From assembly GCF_963921235.1 (NCBI RefSeq), contig NC_086108.1:42720001-42784000 (forward strand): a stretch of 64,000 nt of DNA, read 5' to 3'. This DNA is from Mobula hypostoma. Lineage: Eukaryota. This document shows, in pieces, positions 63,478 to 64,000 of this stretch. The notes below the pieces were generated by a model. That model saw only the letters and a program-made list of their open reading frames with translations. It searched no databases and was not told the origin of the DNA. Positions within the stretch are counted from its first letter, which is position 1. Every line of letters begins with the position of its first letter. Position numbers and translations under genes: made by a program.

Positions 63478-63747
63478 TGTTGATGCCTCCATCCAACATC
63501 AAAGTCACTGTTCTTGGCAAAACTGCAATCCGGTTAAGTTGGAAATCAATTGCTAAAGTATTCCAGTATGAAGTAACAGTGCATAAAAATTCTGAAGACT
63601 CTTCTGATGGAATAACTACAAATATATTTTCTAATTTTATAATACTAAATAATCTTGCACTATGTACTAATTACACCATCACCATAAAGTCACTGAATGA
63701 TTTCAGACTTCTTGGAGAAGGCACATCTATATATTATACAACTGAAT
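63478..63747 (+). CDS. FNDC7-like gene, exon 5 (next recognisable exon), fibronectin type III domain; gene continues past the window
   Basis: tttacag|TGTTG...GAAT|gtaagt, 270 nt, phase 1-1; PPSNIKV...IRLSW...YEVTV...NLALCTNYTITIKS. Confidence 0.88.
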
Positions 63748-64000
63748 GTAAGTAAGATATAGAAACTGCATTTTAGTGTTTATTCTAATGAAACTAATAC
63801 TAACTAATTCTGACTCAATAGAGGAATTACTAAATTGATCTTTGAATTTGAATCTATATTGTTTGGTATTTATGTTAGTAGTTATCTTCCTTGGGGTACA
63901 TTCCCCCGAGATGAATCAGAGATACCAGAATCAATTCATTATTATCAAAGAAACCCAGTGTTCCTCCTGTTTTGCTCCTTCAGGAATTTTGATTCTATCC

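Noticed and set aside
1..64000. CRISPR array, prokaryotic operon or rRNA genes
   Set aside because: None seen; the recurring short motifs are dispersed retroelement ends in spliceosomal-intron-containing eukaryotic DNA.

Overview
Repeat-dense vertebrate DNA. The repeat set (CR1, Rex1-type LINEs, Penelope-like elements with hammerhead ribozymes, Charlie-type hAT, Tc1) suggests a cartilaginous fish, probably a ray; this is inference. One host gene can be rebuilt on the + strand: the first five coding exons of a secreted FNDC7-like fibronectin type III repeat protein, including a 19-nt micro-exon. Its 29-kb fourth intron holds two inverted copies of one hAT family, both with 8-bp TSDs, a fold-back Tc1 derivative, a solo LTR and a 6.7-kb endogenous retrovirus on the minus strand. 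The provirus is the most unusual object. Its capsid/nucleocapsid/protease/most-of-RT region is replaced by a segment resembling a Neptune-type Penelope-like element. This puts an SGNH hydrolase with all catalytic motifs intact in the reading frame of the Gag linker, followed by a TTTAAAC -1 frameshift signal. Its env TM aligns by eye with the filovirus GP2/ASLV-type internal-fusion-loop architecture. Most short ORFs in the supplied track are noise from decayed repeats. Family names come from motif recognition, not database searches.
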